A stretch of 64,000 bases of DNA from Octopus sinensis (lineage: Eukaryota). Positions 12,975 through 25,922 of the stretch are shown here, piece by piece. The DNA is taken from contig NC_043000.1 in NCBI RefSeq assembly GCF_006345805.1, positions 157,480,001-157,544,000 on the forward strand. Direction: 5' to 3'. Each line of letters opens with the position of its first letter. The stretch's first letter is position 1. Under the pieces are notes generated by a model. That model searched no databases. It saw nothing but the letters and a program-made list of their open reading frames with translations, and was not told the DNA's origin. A program made the position numbers and the translations under genes.

Positions 12975-13106
12975 CAAGGTACTTATTTAATCGACATCGA
13001 AAGGAAAAGTGGGCCTCGGCAGAATTTGAACTCAGAACGTAACGGCAGACGAAATACGGCTAAGCATTTCTCCCGGCGTGCTAACGATTCTGCCAGCTCG
13101 CCGCCA
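12975..13106 (-). mobile_element. SINE family C
   Basis: Reverse complement begins ggcggcgagctggcagaatcgttagcacgccgggagaaatgcttagccgtatttcgtctgccgttacgttctgagttcaaattctgccgagg. A further degraded copy lies at about 13680-13830. Confidence 0.85.
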
Positions 13107-14789
13107 TCGGTGACTATTAACTAATATCATCATTAATACAAGAATGCCCAAAACTAACAGTTCATTTAACTCAGTGTATAAGAATTAGGCGTTTGAAACC
13201 AAAGCTAGGGACCACTGAATACATTGGAAGTGAAGGTGGACATCATTGAATGAATTGCAAGAGTATCACGAAAGATGCTTTACACTTAAGCAAACAACGA
13301 GATTCTTTTGAACATCAAGAAACAAAAATAATAATAGCAACAATAATAATGATAACGATTTCTTAGAGGCATCAGATGGGGCGGGATAATATTATAAGGA
13401 TAGTCTATTATTTATGTGTGGGGGTTACATAAAAGATATGACAAAGAAAAGAGTGAAGAAGAAAATGAGGTAAAAACAAGTATACATACTACACAAAATA
13501 GAGCCAATCAAAACCCCCCGCAGATCCAAGACCACCCTGGCTACAAAGAACACAAGCCCTCACCCAACTGTTGTTCTCCATTCTACTGGCGCATGTTTAG
13601 AGTTGATAATGATTCTGCCAGTCCGTCGACTTAATAATTCTTTATGGTTTGGGCAACAAGAAGTGTAATTTTCAGAGGAAAGGTTAATTGATATTAGCAA
13701 GCACAGTTCTTCACTGGTACTTTAATTTTATCGATCTGGGAAATATGAATGACAAGGTTTACCTCAGCGGGATTTTAAATGAGAACGTAAAACCGAAACA
13801 AACGCCACAAGGCGTTTTGTCCCACGTTCTATTTATACAACCGATAATTAACAAATAACAATTAAGAACTACAAAATCTCTACCCAATCGTGATATCTGA
13901 ATTCATGCTACAAGCCTACAGCTATTCAGTTACAAAAGGGTCGAAGAAAAATTAACATAAAAATAAGAGTATTGTATTCTTTAATAATACGCAATACCAG
14001 AATACTGCAATTAAACTGTGCGTTTAAATTCCAATTAAAATGTACCACAGGGTATCATAAAAATAGTTTTTATATATTTCAGCAGAATCACCAATTAGGT
14101 GATTAAACGAGTCAATAGTTTCACTTAAAATCTGATAGAAAATTTCAATTTATGATATAAAGAAACTTTGCCGTCATTTAAATTATTTCCTAATTTTTGT
14201 TCTCCTCTTATGATTTACCTTACCGTATCTTAAGCTAAAGTAATATCGTTTCATGTTTTCGAAGTAATGTTGCAATTTTGCGCATATATTAAACAATGAT
14301 GGGCTCTTAGAATTAGTGAACAGACCAACGATGTAACTTCTACGTGGTTTTTGGATCTTCTTGAAACAATAACCAAATTCCCCTCTAAATGTATCTTCTT
14401 AGAAAGGGGGAAAAACATTAGATGATGCAGTGTCAGATATATTCTAAGTGAAACGGGATTGTCACAGATGGAATGCTTTTTCCTTCTAAGTCTGCTCAGT
14501 CGGGTTGCACTTAGGGTTAAACAACATAGCAACTATATATCTCTACACCCAAGCTACCAGTCTGAAAAAAGAAAGAAATGGTGTAGATGGATTTACATTT
14601 TATAAGATATCTATCTCTTTCTTAAGTGAACTGACGAGGTCAGCCCAGTGTCGATCGACCCAGGGTTAAGCAACAACAAATTTATTTTTATCTTTCTCGT
14701 CCTCCACCTCATCATCATCATCATCATCACCATCCGCCTCCTCCTCCTCCTCCTAATCATCATCATCATCGTCGTCATCGTCGTCATCG

Positions 14790-14828
<39 letters not shown>

Positions 14829-16043
14829 ACTGCTGCTGCTGCTACTCTTTCATATGTCTCTCTCCCACCACCACTCCAATTCAATCATAAGTAAACACAA
14901 TTAGTACAAGAACATTCATCAGTAAGGACATTTTCGTTGTTCTAAGTTTGGTTTATCTTTTTTATTTTGTTTTTGTTTTTTGCTTTATGTTGGTGTTGTT
15001 GCTAATATTGTTGCTAGACTAATGCCTCCCCCCCTCTTTCTTTTTCTCTCCTCCACTTTGTTCCATTCTCTCTCAGTCTATTTCTCTGCTTTTCTTCAAC
15101 ACTCTTTCTCTTCTTCATTTTCTCTGAATCACTCAGCCTAGTTATCTTTTCTTTTTTAATACGCTCACCTTCTCTTATTCCCTCTGTTTCCTTCTTTTCC
15201 ATTTGCTCTCTTTCCTTCAAAATGGCTTCCCCCTATTCTCTTTCCCTTGAATAGCTTTTCTTGTTTTTCTCCTTGTCTATTCTCAACTCGCTACCTTTCA
15301 GTTCTTCCTTTCATTCAATCCCACACGGTCTATCTCTATCCCCCTTTCTTCCTCGTTCGCTTTTCCCCATCTTTCTCTCACTAAATTCTCCGTCTTCCAC
15401 TTTCTTTCTCTCGTCATTCGTTTCTTGTCTTATTTCTCTCCTTTTGTCTAATTTTCTCGTTATCTTTCTTGTCTAACCTGAACGAAGAAACTGAACTGGT
15501 TTCACTAATTAAATTCTTAAGTAATTATGAAATTTTGGGTCAGCGACAATTAGTTTGCACATGCTTGATACGTCTGTCGATGTCTACGTTATGATATCTC
15601 TTGAAATGTCTGATTCAAAGACTTGCAGTATTTGTTAGAACTTGTTTTTCACGCCTATATACTCGTTCGTACATATACATATATTCACAAACCGTCTCAC
15701 ATATACGCAAACACAACTTAAATCTTGTTTTCAGCAGACGTTGTATAAAGTTCTATACTGTTCGAGTGAGTCTGTCTGGGAAGGAGTAACGGTACATCTC
15801 AAGCGATATTGTTGGTGTGATTATAGAGAAAACATTTAACTCTTAAATGAAAACGTTTCCTTAATTGAAAATAGGGTACTTAAAAATGGGGGTTCTTTAG
15901 TGATAAGAAAACTGGAAGTAGTAGGTTTAGTACCTCAGCCAAGAACAACGCAGTACTACCCTGAAAAGTTATGAATCTCAGGTCTTTCAACAGGTAGTCT
16001 GTAGTTTTGAGTCTACTATCTTTGCCTCTGTCAATGATGAAAA

Positions 16044-16120
16044 CTAAAATATCCGTTCAGGCTTGATAATGTCATAAACGTATTTCATAAAGTAGTTTTG
16101 CAATGTTAGACAGTTTAAAA
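16044..16120 (-). CDS. candidate terminal coding exon of the minus-strand host gene (LNCLTLQNYFMKYVYDIIKPERIF*)
   Basis: Strong acceptor tctcttctctgttgattggctttttacag. The phase-1 start matches the phase-1 end of exon 27592-27702, and this is the longest open frame from this acceptor. Confidence 0.4.
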
Positions 16121-16930
16121 CTGTAAAAAGCCAATCAACAGAGAAGAGAGCATGTAAACCTACCAATCAAAACTATGATACAAGATATGAAGTAAAGTAA
16201 ATCAGTATTTATAGTGTGATATCTATAGCAGTATTTATAGCATGATATATTGAGTGTTTCAGAAATTGAATAAATAGAATAATAATTGACTAAACAGAAA
16301 AGGGGGGGGGGGAGAGACACGTGAAATGAAGAATCGTTGGAGAGGTCACATGATGTGTGATGGGAGATTTCAGACAGAGGACAGTAAAATAAGAATTATA
16401 ATATAACTGAAGACCAAGTATATAGTGCGTGTGGTTAATTGGCTAGAAATATGACCGTGCCAAAATATACCATTTCTATTCATTTGGGTATATAAGAGTA
16501 TAGGTTTGAAATATATACTTTGATATGGTATAGTATACACTGTATATGATTGGCGTGTATACGTTCGAAGTTCTTGTATTTTGCAGGGCTATAAAATATA
16601 TTGAAGCAAAACAAATGTTAGTTATGTGATAAGAAGTTGTTCTCTGGTTATTGAAATACAGTGAATTAAAAGCTTTGGCAAAGAAATCTTGACAGTTTCT
16701 GTGCATAAGTAAAGTATTAGACAAAATGTGTCTTATCTTATAAATAATGCAGAAAGATCTAGAATATCACAGTGGATTGTTAGCACCGCGGAGATCAGTT
16801 ATGATAGTTGGCGATTCTCGATTTGATCTACTTCATTTTACTGTAAAAGCAAATTCGTAAAAGTAACATAATTTAGTGAATACGGAAGGGTAAATCTTGC
16901 TTTATAACGACACCTTCTGCTTACACACCA

Positions 16931-16977
<47 letters not shown>

Positions 16978-17409
16978 GCACACACACACATATACATATA
17001 AATCATATAAAGATACAGCGTATATTTAAACACATAAGTGATGGCCATAACAGGACATCTGACTCGCTAGAAAGAGTAGTTAAACTACAAACCACTAATA
17101 ATTGTAATTTTGAAAGAGAATGAAAAATAAAAACAATTTTTTTCTAAATTTTTTTGCTACCCTAAGATTTATTAATTATGCATATAAATCCATACATACA
17201 CGTATTGGTCTTTATATAACGTAACATATAAAAATGCTACACGTATTGGTCTTTATATAACGTAACGTATAAAATGCTTTTGTGTCTGTGTGCATAACAT
17301 AGCCAATAAGAATAGACACCTGGTAGTTTTTAATTATTAAATTTTTTCAGACAGACTGGAGCACTATCCAGGAATGTTTTATTTTTTTTGCTACTCACTA
17401 TGAAATCAA

Positions 17410-17720
17410 AACAAAGCTCAAAAGATGGTCGAATGAATTATTTGGAACATTCATTATAGTCAGTTTAAGAAATGTATTTTGAAAAGACATAAACGTCAAA
17501 ATTTATTTGCTCAACCAACCTTAAGGGAAGCAAAATACCGAACGAGCTTCAAACAAAGCTGATGTAGAACAGATCACCATTAAAGTGTCTCTAATGAAAC
17601 AATGTTTGGAAAATCACAGCAAGCAGGTGTTTGTAAAGCCAACAAAGAAGATTTTTCACACACTGCTCTTGCATTATTCAACAAATATCTTTCACATAAA
17701 TTAGGATGAGAAGAGGAAAG
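17410..17720 (+). mobile_element. possible decayed hAT (Charlie/GTF2IRD2-like) transposase fragment
   Basis: Broken frames give HYE-x-K, QNLFAQP, KQCLE and FSHTAL-like stretches. Heavily degraded. Confidence 0.3.
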
Positions 17721-18093
17721 CAAAAGACGGAAAAAAATAATGATGATTATTCATTGAGCGTTGGTTTAAAAAATATTCCCCTAGACAAACTATGATTAGT
17801 ATAATAGGCACAAAGGAATACTACAAATTCGCATAACTGGGAAACTTCCAATTGCATTTTGTAAACACATTTATACAAATCTACGTATATACGCAAGAAA
17901 ACACATAGATACACACACTCCAATTAGATATGAATCTATATGCACGAATACAGTTGTATCTATGCGTGTGTGTGTATGTGTGCGTATGAGTGCGTGGCAT
18001 GTGTGCATATCTATCTATATGTACAGATATGTCTCTAAACACAGACAAACGTGGCTTAAATATACATATTTTCATACATATACATACATACGT

Positions 18094-18223
18094 ATATTTA
18101 TTATAATAAGGGTTAGGCAAAAGAATTTGCTTCACCACACATCGAACTTAGAAATAGCAGCCAAAAAAAGTTCGGTGTGTGGTGAAGCAAATTCTTTTGC
18201 CTAACCCTTATTATAATAAATAT
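18094..18223. repeat. fold-back element: 56-bp inverted arms, 18-nt loop
   Basis: 18094-18149 is the reverse complement of 18168-18223 with one G.U-type mismatch. Confidence 0.95.
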
Positions 18224-18398
18224 TGTTTAAATTTACCGATAACGGTCTTTTACATACCGAATCACTACTGGGTGGAATTATTAGTTATTAATTAATTAAT
18301 TAATTTTACCCTTATTATTATTATTATTATTATTGTACATACGTATATATATACATGCACAAACACACACAGACACACGCATAATGCATGTGTGCGTA

Positions 18399-18775
18399 CA
18401 CTTGCGTCAGAAATTAATTAGCACTTCTCAAATTTCTACATTAAATAGGTTAAATCAATTAACCTATGAGCTGTTCAAAACGTCTTACGCAATGAGAAAA
18501 CTTAGTATGGTGTGATTTTGGTCCTTGCGAGGCGCTACCTATATCTATTAAACAAAGGAAGATTTGTCTGCATCTGCACTCCAATTTGTTGCACTGTTAT
18601 GTCAACATCATAAGGCTGTAGACTCTCAAACCGCTCTGCAAACAAAGTTACGTCATCGTTCTGCGCAACAGTGAACTCGCAACAAAGCAATAGTTCGAGA
18701 TATGGCCACTAGGTGACAGCACATACCTTGAGTGAAGAGCAAATCAAGGGTGCTAATTAATTTCTGACGCAAGTG
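18399..18775. mobile_element. Tc1/mariner-type MITE, 377 bp
   Basis: Perfect 26-bp TIRs CACTTGCGTCAGAAATTAATTAGCAC (18399-18424 and 18750-18775), flanked by TA on both sides. No ORF. Confidence 0.93.
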
Positions 18776-18879
18776 TATGTGCATGAGTATTTAATCGTAT
18801 GTATACACACAAACACACACACACACACACACACACCACACACACACACACACACAAATAAACTGAGATAAACTTAGAT

Positions 18880-19270
18880 ATGTTTCGACCAAAGATTGGT
18901 CCAGGCTATGTCTAACTTAATAGCACCACCTGATAGGATTATCTAAATCCTGTTTAAGTCAAGTTTTGTTTTTGGTCCATTCATGTAGTGAGTTCTTGTT
19001 GAGTGAGTTGTACCCAGGTATGGGTGGCTTATCCTGTATTCCTTGAAGAAATCTGTCCAGACTCCGCTTAAAGGTGATGGGATCCTTTTTCTCTTTGATC
19101 TTTTTCGGGATAATGTTACACAGTTCAGAGCCTGTTGAGGAAAAGGAATTATGTCGCAGTGTACCTATATGCTGTGATCCTGAATTGGGCAGGGGACGTA
19201 TGGCCCGTGGTCCCAGCCTTGGATGAACCTTGAAACTAATGTTCAGATCGTTTGGGCAATGCTGGCGGTA
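18880..19270 (-). mobile_element. 5'-truncated CR1/L2-type LINE 3' end (RT C-terminus plus 3' UTR stem-loop)
   Basis: Frame SFKVHPRLG...TLRHNSFSSTGSELCNIIPKKIKEKKDPITFKRSLDRFLQGIQDKPPIPGY...NSL resembles the CR1/L2-clade C-terminal tail. The 3' UTR has a GACCAA/TTGGTC hairpin. Confidence 0.8.
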
Positions 19271-19290
19271 TATTCTCCACACACACACAC

Positions 19291-19348
<58 letters not shown>

Positions 19349-19829
19349 ACACACATATGCTGACAGACATACATATATACTTGTGAATGGGTGTGTATAT
19401 GTATGCACACAAATATATCACTTATGGGTGCGCTTACACATACATATACAACCGGCACACACGCAAACACGCGTTCAACGTTTGCCTCAAAGATAAACCT
19501 GTATTTGACCACCAAAAGTAGTTGCTCAGTGTCTTCTTTCCGTTTCCGTCTAACATATCCACTCACAAGGCTGAACCCGGGACAATTTTGTTGGTAAGCA
19601 AAATACTTACCACACAGTTACGTCTGTGTGCGGATATAAATATGTATATTTCTGTTGAAGAGCGTAGGCTCGAAATGTAAAAGACTTGTTTTATTTATAT
19701 TCCTGAGCGACATACTAATACAATTGTTTGTTTGTACTCCACCTGCCTTCGTCTTTTGTTTATTTTCATAAAGCTTCCCGTTATATATATATATTTATTT
19801 ATATATATATGTGTATGTGTGTGTGTGTT

Positions 19830-19862
<33 letters not shown>

Positions 19863-20105
19863 GTATATGTAAATATGTGTTATATCAAGTAAAACCTCAG
19901 AGGATTTCCACTGCAGAACTCAAACCGAGCTCGAGGCTGTCTATACTATTTAATCGTAGTCTGAAGGAAGATGGAAATTATACTGGCGTAGAAAATATAT
20001 ATATACGAAAATAATGAAGGGTGAAATTAATTAATTTGAAATAATTATCAATTACACCAAGTAGTCTTCGGCATGTAAAAGCCTCATTTGAGGAAAATTT
20101 AAGTA

Positions 20106-20289
20106 ATACTAAGCAATAAGGTTCAGCAACGAATTGCCTTACCACATACCGAATTTAGAAATAGCAGTCAAAGGGTTATAGCTATTTCTTCTACTTTTTA
20201 GTAGAAGAAATAGCTATAACCTTTGACTGCTATTTCTAAATTCGGTATGTGGTAAGGCAATTCGTTGCTGAACCCTTATTGCTTAGTAT
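20106..20289. repeat. fold-back element: 90-bp inverted arms, TTTT loop; same family as 18094-18223
   Basis: 20106-20195 versus 20200-20289 differ by two single-base indels. Shares aataagg(g)tt..gaatt(t)gc..caccaca.a.cgaa.ttagaaatagcag.caaa with the 18.1-kb hairpin. Confidence 0.95.
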
Positions 20290-20699
20290 ATACGAAAATA
20301 TATATACATTTTGCATTTACAAAATTCTTCTAACAATGAACTAATCTACCTGGGCCTATTTTAGAAGACTCTAGCTGAAGATGCTGTGTAGCAGTATCAA
20401 GCACTAGACCCTAATCTTTAAAAAAAAAACCCCAAAAATCTTATGGACCGCAAGTCAATGCATCTCTCTATACCTTCGTTTGTTTTTTTTTATTGATAAT
20501 TTTATGATAAAAAACAGTAAGATGGACCAAAATGGTGCAGAGTTTAATGTTTATTCATTTGTAACTTAAGCTAGGATTAAGTCCAGAACCACATTTTCCT
20601 ATAATCCACCGTGTACATTGAAAGATTGACAATGTAAATTACAGTAGCTGTGTTTTTAAATGATTATATTGTCAATGCATCAGACGGGATATGTTCATA

Positions 20700-22400
20700 A
20701 TTTATGATAGGGAATTTGGGCAGCCGATCGAAATTGATTCAATTAAATTTTTCAGAAGTGGAGTAAGCTGGAGAATGATATGAATCACATAAAAGAAATA
20801 TCACAGAAGTTTGATCCATTGCTAAATGGTGGTAATCTAAATATTATTAATGGTTATTCTTTCATCTTTTGATTCCAGATATATTTAAGAAGCACTGAGG
20901 TGTTTTCTAGGTATTCGGCGACAAAATGGACTATTGCAGTAATGCAGAATACTTTTAAAGGATACGTCTGTAAATTTTTAATAGCTTGGTGACCTTTTTT
21001 TGTGATGATCAACACGGTATTGAATGTTTCTTCCTCTTGATATTAAAGCGTTTTTATATCAGCTATTGTATGTCGGCCTCATTCATCCTGTTTTTATTTA
21101 TCGTTTATTTGCCATATTTTTGCATTGTGGAAGCCAATAAATATATCTTATAACTGAAGCTCACATTTATGTATTTCTTGTGGAACACCTAGGGAAATAA
21201 CTGGCCGTTTGGTAACTAGTTTTTAATTAGGTAGAGAAATATTTTTGAATTACTGAGTACTTGATTTCCTCTTCGTAACGCCGAAGTTTAAAATTTCACC
21301 TTGTATTGTTAAAGGTGGCTTAATCGGACGAAAATCCAATTATCCTTTTGTCAATGCATATGAGTACATATTTGATGATATTTGTCGGATGGTTAGTTTG
21401 CGTAAGGATATGCAATTAGGCTTCTATTAGCTTTCTTAATGCTATAAGGTTTCTTAAAGAGCACGGATGATTTGAATCTTAGTTTAAAGGATGACGACCG
21501 TTATGCTATCCATGGCTATCAAACTCAGTCCAAATTTGTTGGTTGTCGTAATTTATTTCAGTTGTACACACACTTTCACTCTACGAAACAATACACTTTC
21601 GTTAGTGAACAAACCCAAGTTAATGCCATTAAGAGAGATTTCTCCTTCCTCACAACTTGAACAAACCAAATTCATACAATCCAAATTTATTAAGTTGCCA
21701 TAATAATATCGAAACTGATCCTCCACATTTAAACAAGAAGGGTATCTTGGTGTGTACAATGATTTGCGATTCGTTTTGTCTGATATTTATGTATCCCCAT
21801 GACGAGCTGAATAGATGAAAGAAAGTTTATAGTAAATGACTTTGAATTGTGTAAACCCGTTTTTGTTTCCATTCTCAACGTAAGAAATGATAAGCTGTTA
21901 TTTCAATTATTCAAAATCTTAGTTTTATCTTAGTGTTTACTGTACAATCATTTTACTAACTATAGTAAGATTACTTTTGAGAAGATTAATAAGTTTACAT
22001 TGTGTAAGTTAGCAACAAGATTTACGTGGTTTTTCAGCAGAACGGAAGTTGTGTTTTAGCAGAGTTATTTCGGTTTATCACAAGTGTTATGTCATTTGCT
22101 TCTACATTCAATTTTAAGTAAAGACATTCTAGCTGTCGTTTTTGTTTTTGTAAGACTTTATGTAAGAGATTGTCGAGTCTTTGCTTACCGCATATCAGTT
22201 CCTATCGGGATTCGAATATAGAAACAGTGTGTGCTGTGTGGTTTTGTTGTTTACATTCTTATAGAAGTAAGCTTCCGATTGCATTGTTCTATCACACTTT
22301 CTGTCTTGTTCTTCATTGAATTAGAATGAGAAAGATTCTTATCGAGTTATTCATATACATTATCTTTACTTCTTGCATTCCTGTCTATGTATAATGTATA
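20700..22400 (-). mobile_element. decayed, near full-length Penelope-like retroelement (RT plus GIY-YIG)
   Basis: Minus-strand fragments in the expected order: KTESVI..MQSEAYFYKN (N-terminus), TNHPTNIIK (RT thumb), LLKYIWN and PFSNGSNFCDI (GIY-YIG C-terminus). Many stops and frameshifts. Confidence 0.65.
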
Positions 22401-22534
22401 TGCATTCTTAGGAATAGATCGAAGAAACGTGACCTCTGTCTTCCATACACTGTTCTATACATATGAAAGCTCACCAAAAATTGATCTGTTGGTCATTATT
22501 AATATTAGCTATAAAAACGGACGCATGAATGCTA

Positions 22535-22580
<46 letters not shown>

Positions 22581-22873
22581 TGTATGCATATATATACGTA
22601 TATATATATATATATAATATATATATATATAATATATATATATATTGTATGCATATATATACGTATATATATATGTATGCATATATATACGTATATATAT
22701 TTCGTTGTTTAAGGAAAATGTCCATTTCCTTGGTTTTGTGCTTATGTTTTCGTTTCTCATTGTGTTCGACGTTTTTTTTGGGTGTCCTGTATCCATATAT
22801 GCGTGTATATATACATGTAGAGGTAGGTACGTACATATATGTATGTATATATGCATATGTTTTTATTTATTTA

Positions 22874-22917
<44 letters not shown>

Positions 22918-22962
22918 ATATACATGCATATATACGTATGCATGTATACATACATATATATG

Positions 22963-22994
<32 letters not shown>

Positions 22995-23809
22995 ATATCG
23001 TAATAGTTGGTACAGAAATATCAATGATAATAAGTAGAAGCTAACCTCTGTGATTATTGATGGAACTATAATTTCTGTTTCTCAGGGGCAAAAGAATAAT
23101 TGAAACTATGATATACATACATCAATTTTAAAGATTATACTAATCATATTTATCAATCACTGCTTACTCTATCCACCAAAAATATTGGAAAATGCATGAA
23201 CATTTTTTTTAGTCTGTATCAGTGTGAAAGAAAAATAGTTATTATTTCCATGATATACAGTACATATATATATACGTACTTATATGCATAGATGCACACA
23301 AACATATCCCTGTATCTATACAACCATATTTTTATGTAGCTCATTATGCTAAATCTATTTCTTATATCAATCGAGGGCCGTGGAAACAGATGCGTCAGAG
23401 ATAGTAGCGCCCTATTTGTAAGATTTGTTTTTCCTGAGCGCTCATTCTATTTAAGTAGAACAATATACTTACAATGATACTCCGTAGTAGAGAATATTAA
23501 CTTGATTCATACACACACATTCCTCCACACTCCACACAGTTACACGCGCATAAATCGGATCAATGAATTACCCTTATGTGTGGTTATTTACATATTGGTA
23601 ATATACGAATATTGTACGTTGTATTCTGTCTTCTCTAGGTCTGATATATGCACAAATGACTGTCCTCATTTACATATAGCTAACATTGCAAACGGGAAAA
23701 GAGAAACCGAAAGTAAATTGCAAATGAACAGTGGCTGAATATATTTTTTAATCTCCGAAACTAAAAACATAAAACAAAGTTATCAAACGCTTCCAACACA
23801 CAATGAACA

Positions 23810-24755
23810 TGCATACACACATACATACATACATACATACATACATACATACATACATACATTCATACATACATACATACATATACATACATACATCATA
23901 CATACATACATCATACATACATACATACATGCATACATACATCATACATACATACATATATACATACATACATACATGCATACATACATACATACATATA
24001 CATATATACATCATACATACATACATACATACATGCATACATACATACATACATCATACATACATATACATACATACATACATACATACATACATCATAC
24101 ATACATACATACATACATACATACATACATTCATACATACATACATACATTCATACATACATACATACATTCATACATACATACATACATACATACATTC
24201 ATACATACATACATACATACATACATACATTCATACATACATACATACATTCATACATACATACATACATCATACATACATACATACATACACATACAAC
24301 ATACATACATACATACATACATACATACATACATACATACATACATACATTCATACATAATACATACATACATACATTCATACATCATACATCATACATA
24401 CTACATACATACATACATGCATACATACATACATACATACATACATTCATACATACATACATACATTCATACATACATACATACATTCATACATACATAC
24501 ATACATACATTCATACATACATACATACATACATACATACATACATACATACATACATACATACATACATACATTCATACATACATACATACATACATAC
24601 ATACATACATACATTCATACATACATATACATACATACATACATACATGCATGCATACATACATACATACATACATACCTTCATACATACATACATACAT
24701 ACATGCATGCATACATACATACATACATACATACATACATACATGCATGCATACA

Positions 24756-24787
<32 letters not shown>

Positions 24788-24865
24788 CATACATACATAC
24801 ATGCATGCATACATACATACATACATACATACATACATTCATACATACATACATACATACATTCA

Positions 24866-24897
<32 letters not shown>

Positions 24898-25097
24898 CAT
24901 ACATACATACATACATACATACATACATACATACATACATTCATACATACATATACATACATACATGCATGCATACATACATACATACATACATACATAC
25001 ATTCATACATACATACATACATACATGCATGCATACATACATACATACATACATACATACATACATGCATGCATGCATACATACATACATACATACA

Positions 25098-25129
<32 letters not shown>

Positions 25130-25270
25130 CATACATACATACATACATGCATGCATACATACATACATACATACATACATACATACATTCATACATACAT
25201 ACATACATACATACATACATTCATACATACATACATACATACATACATACATAATACATACATACATACA

Positions 25271-25302
<32 letters not shown>

Positions 25303-25792
25303 CATACATACATACATACATACATGCATGCATACATACATACATACATTCATACATACATACATTCATACATACATACATACATACATACATACATACA
25401 TACATAATACATACATACATACATTCATACATACATACATACATACATACATACATACATACATAATACATACATTCATACATACATACATACATACATA
25501 CATACATACATACATTCATACATACATTCATACATTCATACATACATACATACATACATACATTCATACATACATACATACATACATACATACATACATA
25601 CATTCATACATACATACATACATACATACATACATTCATACATACATACATACATACATACATTCATACATACATACATACATACATACATTCATACATA
25701 CATTCATACATACACACACACATACATACATACAAACATACATACATACATACATACATACATACATACATTCATACATACATACATATACA

Positions 25793-25824
<32 letters not shown>

Positions 25825-25922
25825 CATACATACATACATTCATACATACATACATACATACATACATACATTCATACATACATTCATACATACATTCATA
25901 CATACATACATACATACATATA
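23810..25922. repeat. about 2.1-kb (CATA)n array with CATT/CATG/CATAT variant units
   Basis: Direct reading. This array is the source of the 459- and 496-aa HTYI ORFs. Confidence 0.98.

Noticed and set aside
14290-14420. LELVNRPT / FLDLLET resemblance to a LINE endonuclease
   Set aside because: Too short and degraded to call.
17197-17277. About 41-bp tandem duplication
   Set aside because: An ordinary two-copy slippage duplication with no further structure.
18885-18912. GACCAA-ucu-UUGGUC-GAAAC hairpin on the minus strand
   Set aside because: Lacks the CUGANGA core. Better explained as the LINE 3' UTR stem-loop.
19655-19679. UUGAAGAGCGUAGGCUCGAAAUGUA hammerhead-like motif
   Set aside because: C3 and 15.2 are altered and no helix I pairing was found. 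It may be a PLE-end relic but is not supportable as a ribozyme.
23640-23714. Plus-strand AG/GT-bounded segments (also about 16587 and 30517) suggesting an antisense gene
   Set aside because: Isolated sites that I could not chain in phase; expected by chance in 64 kb.
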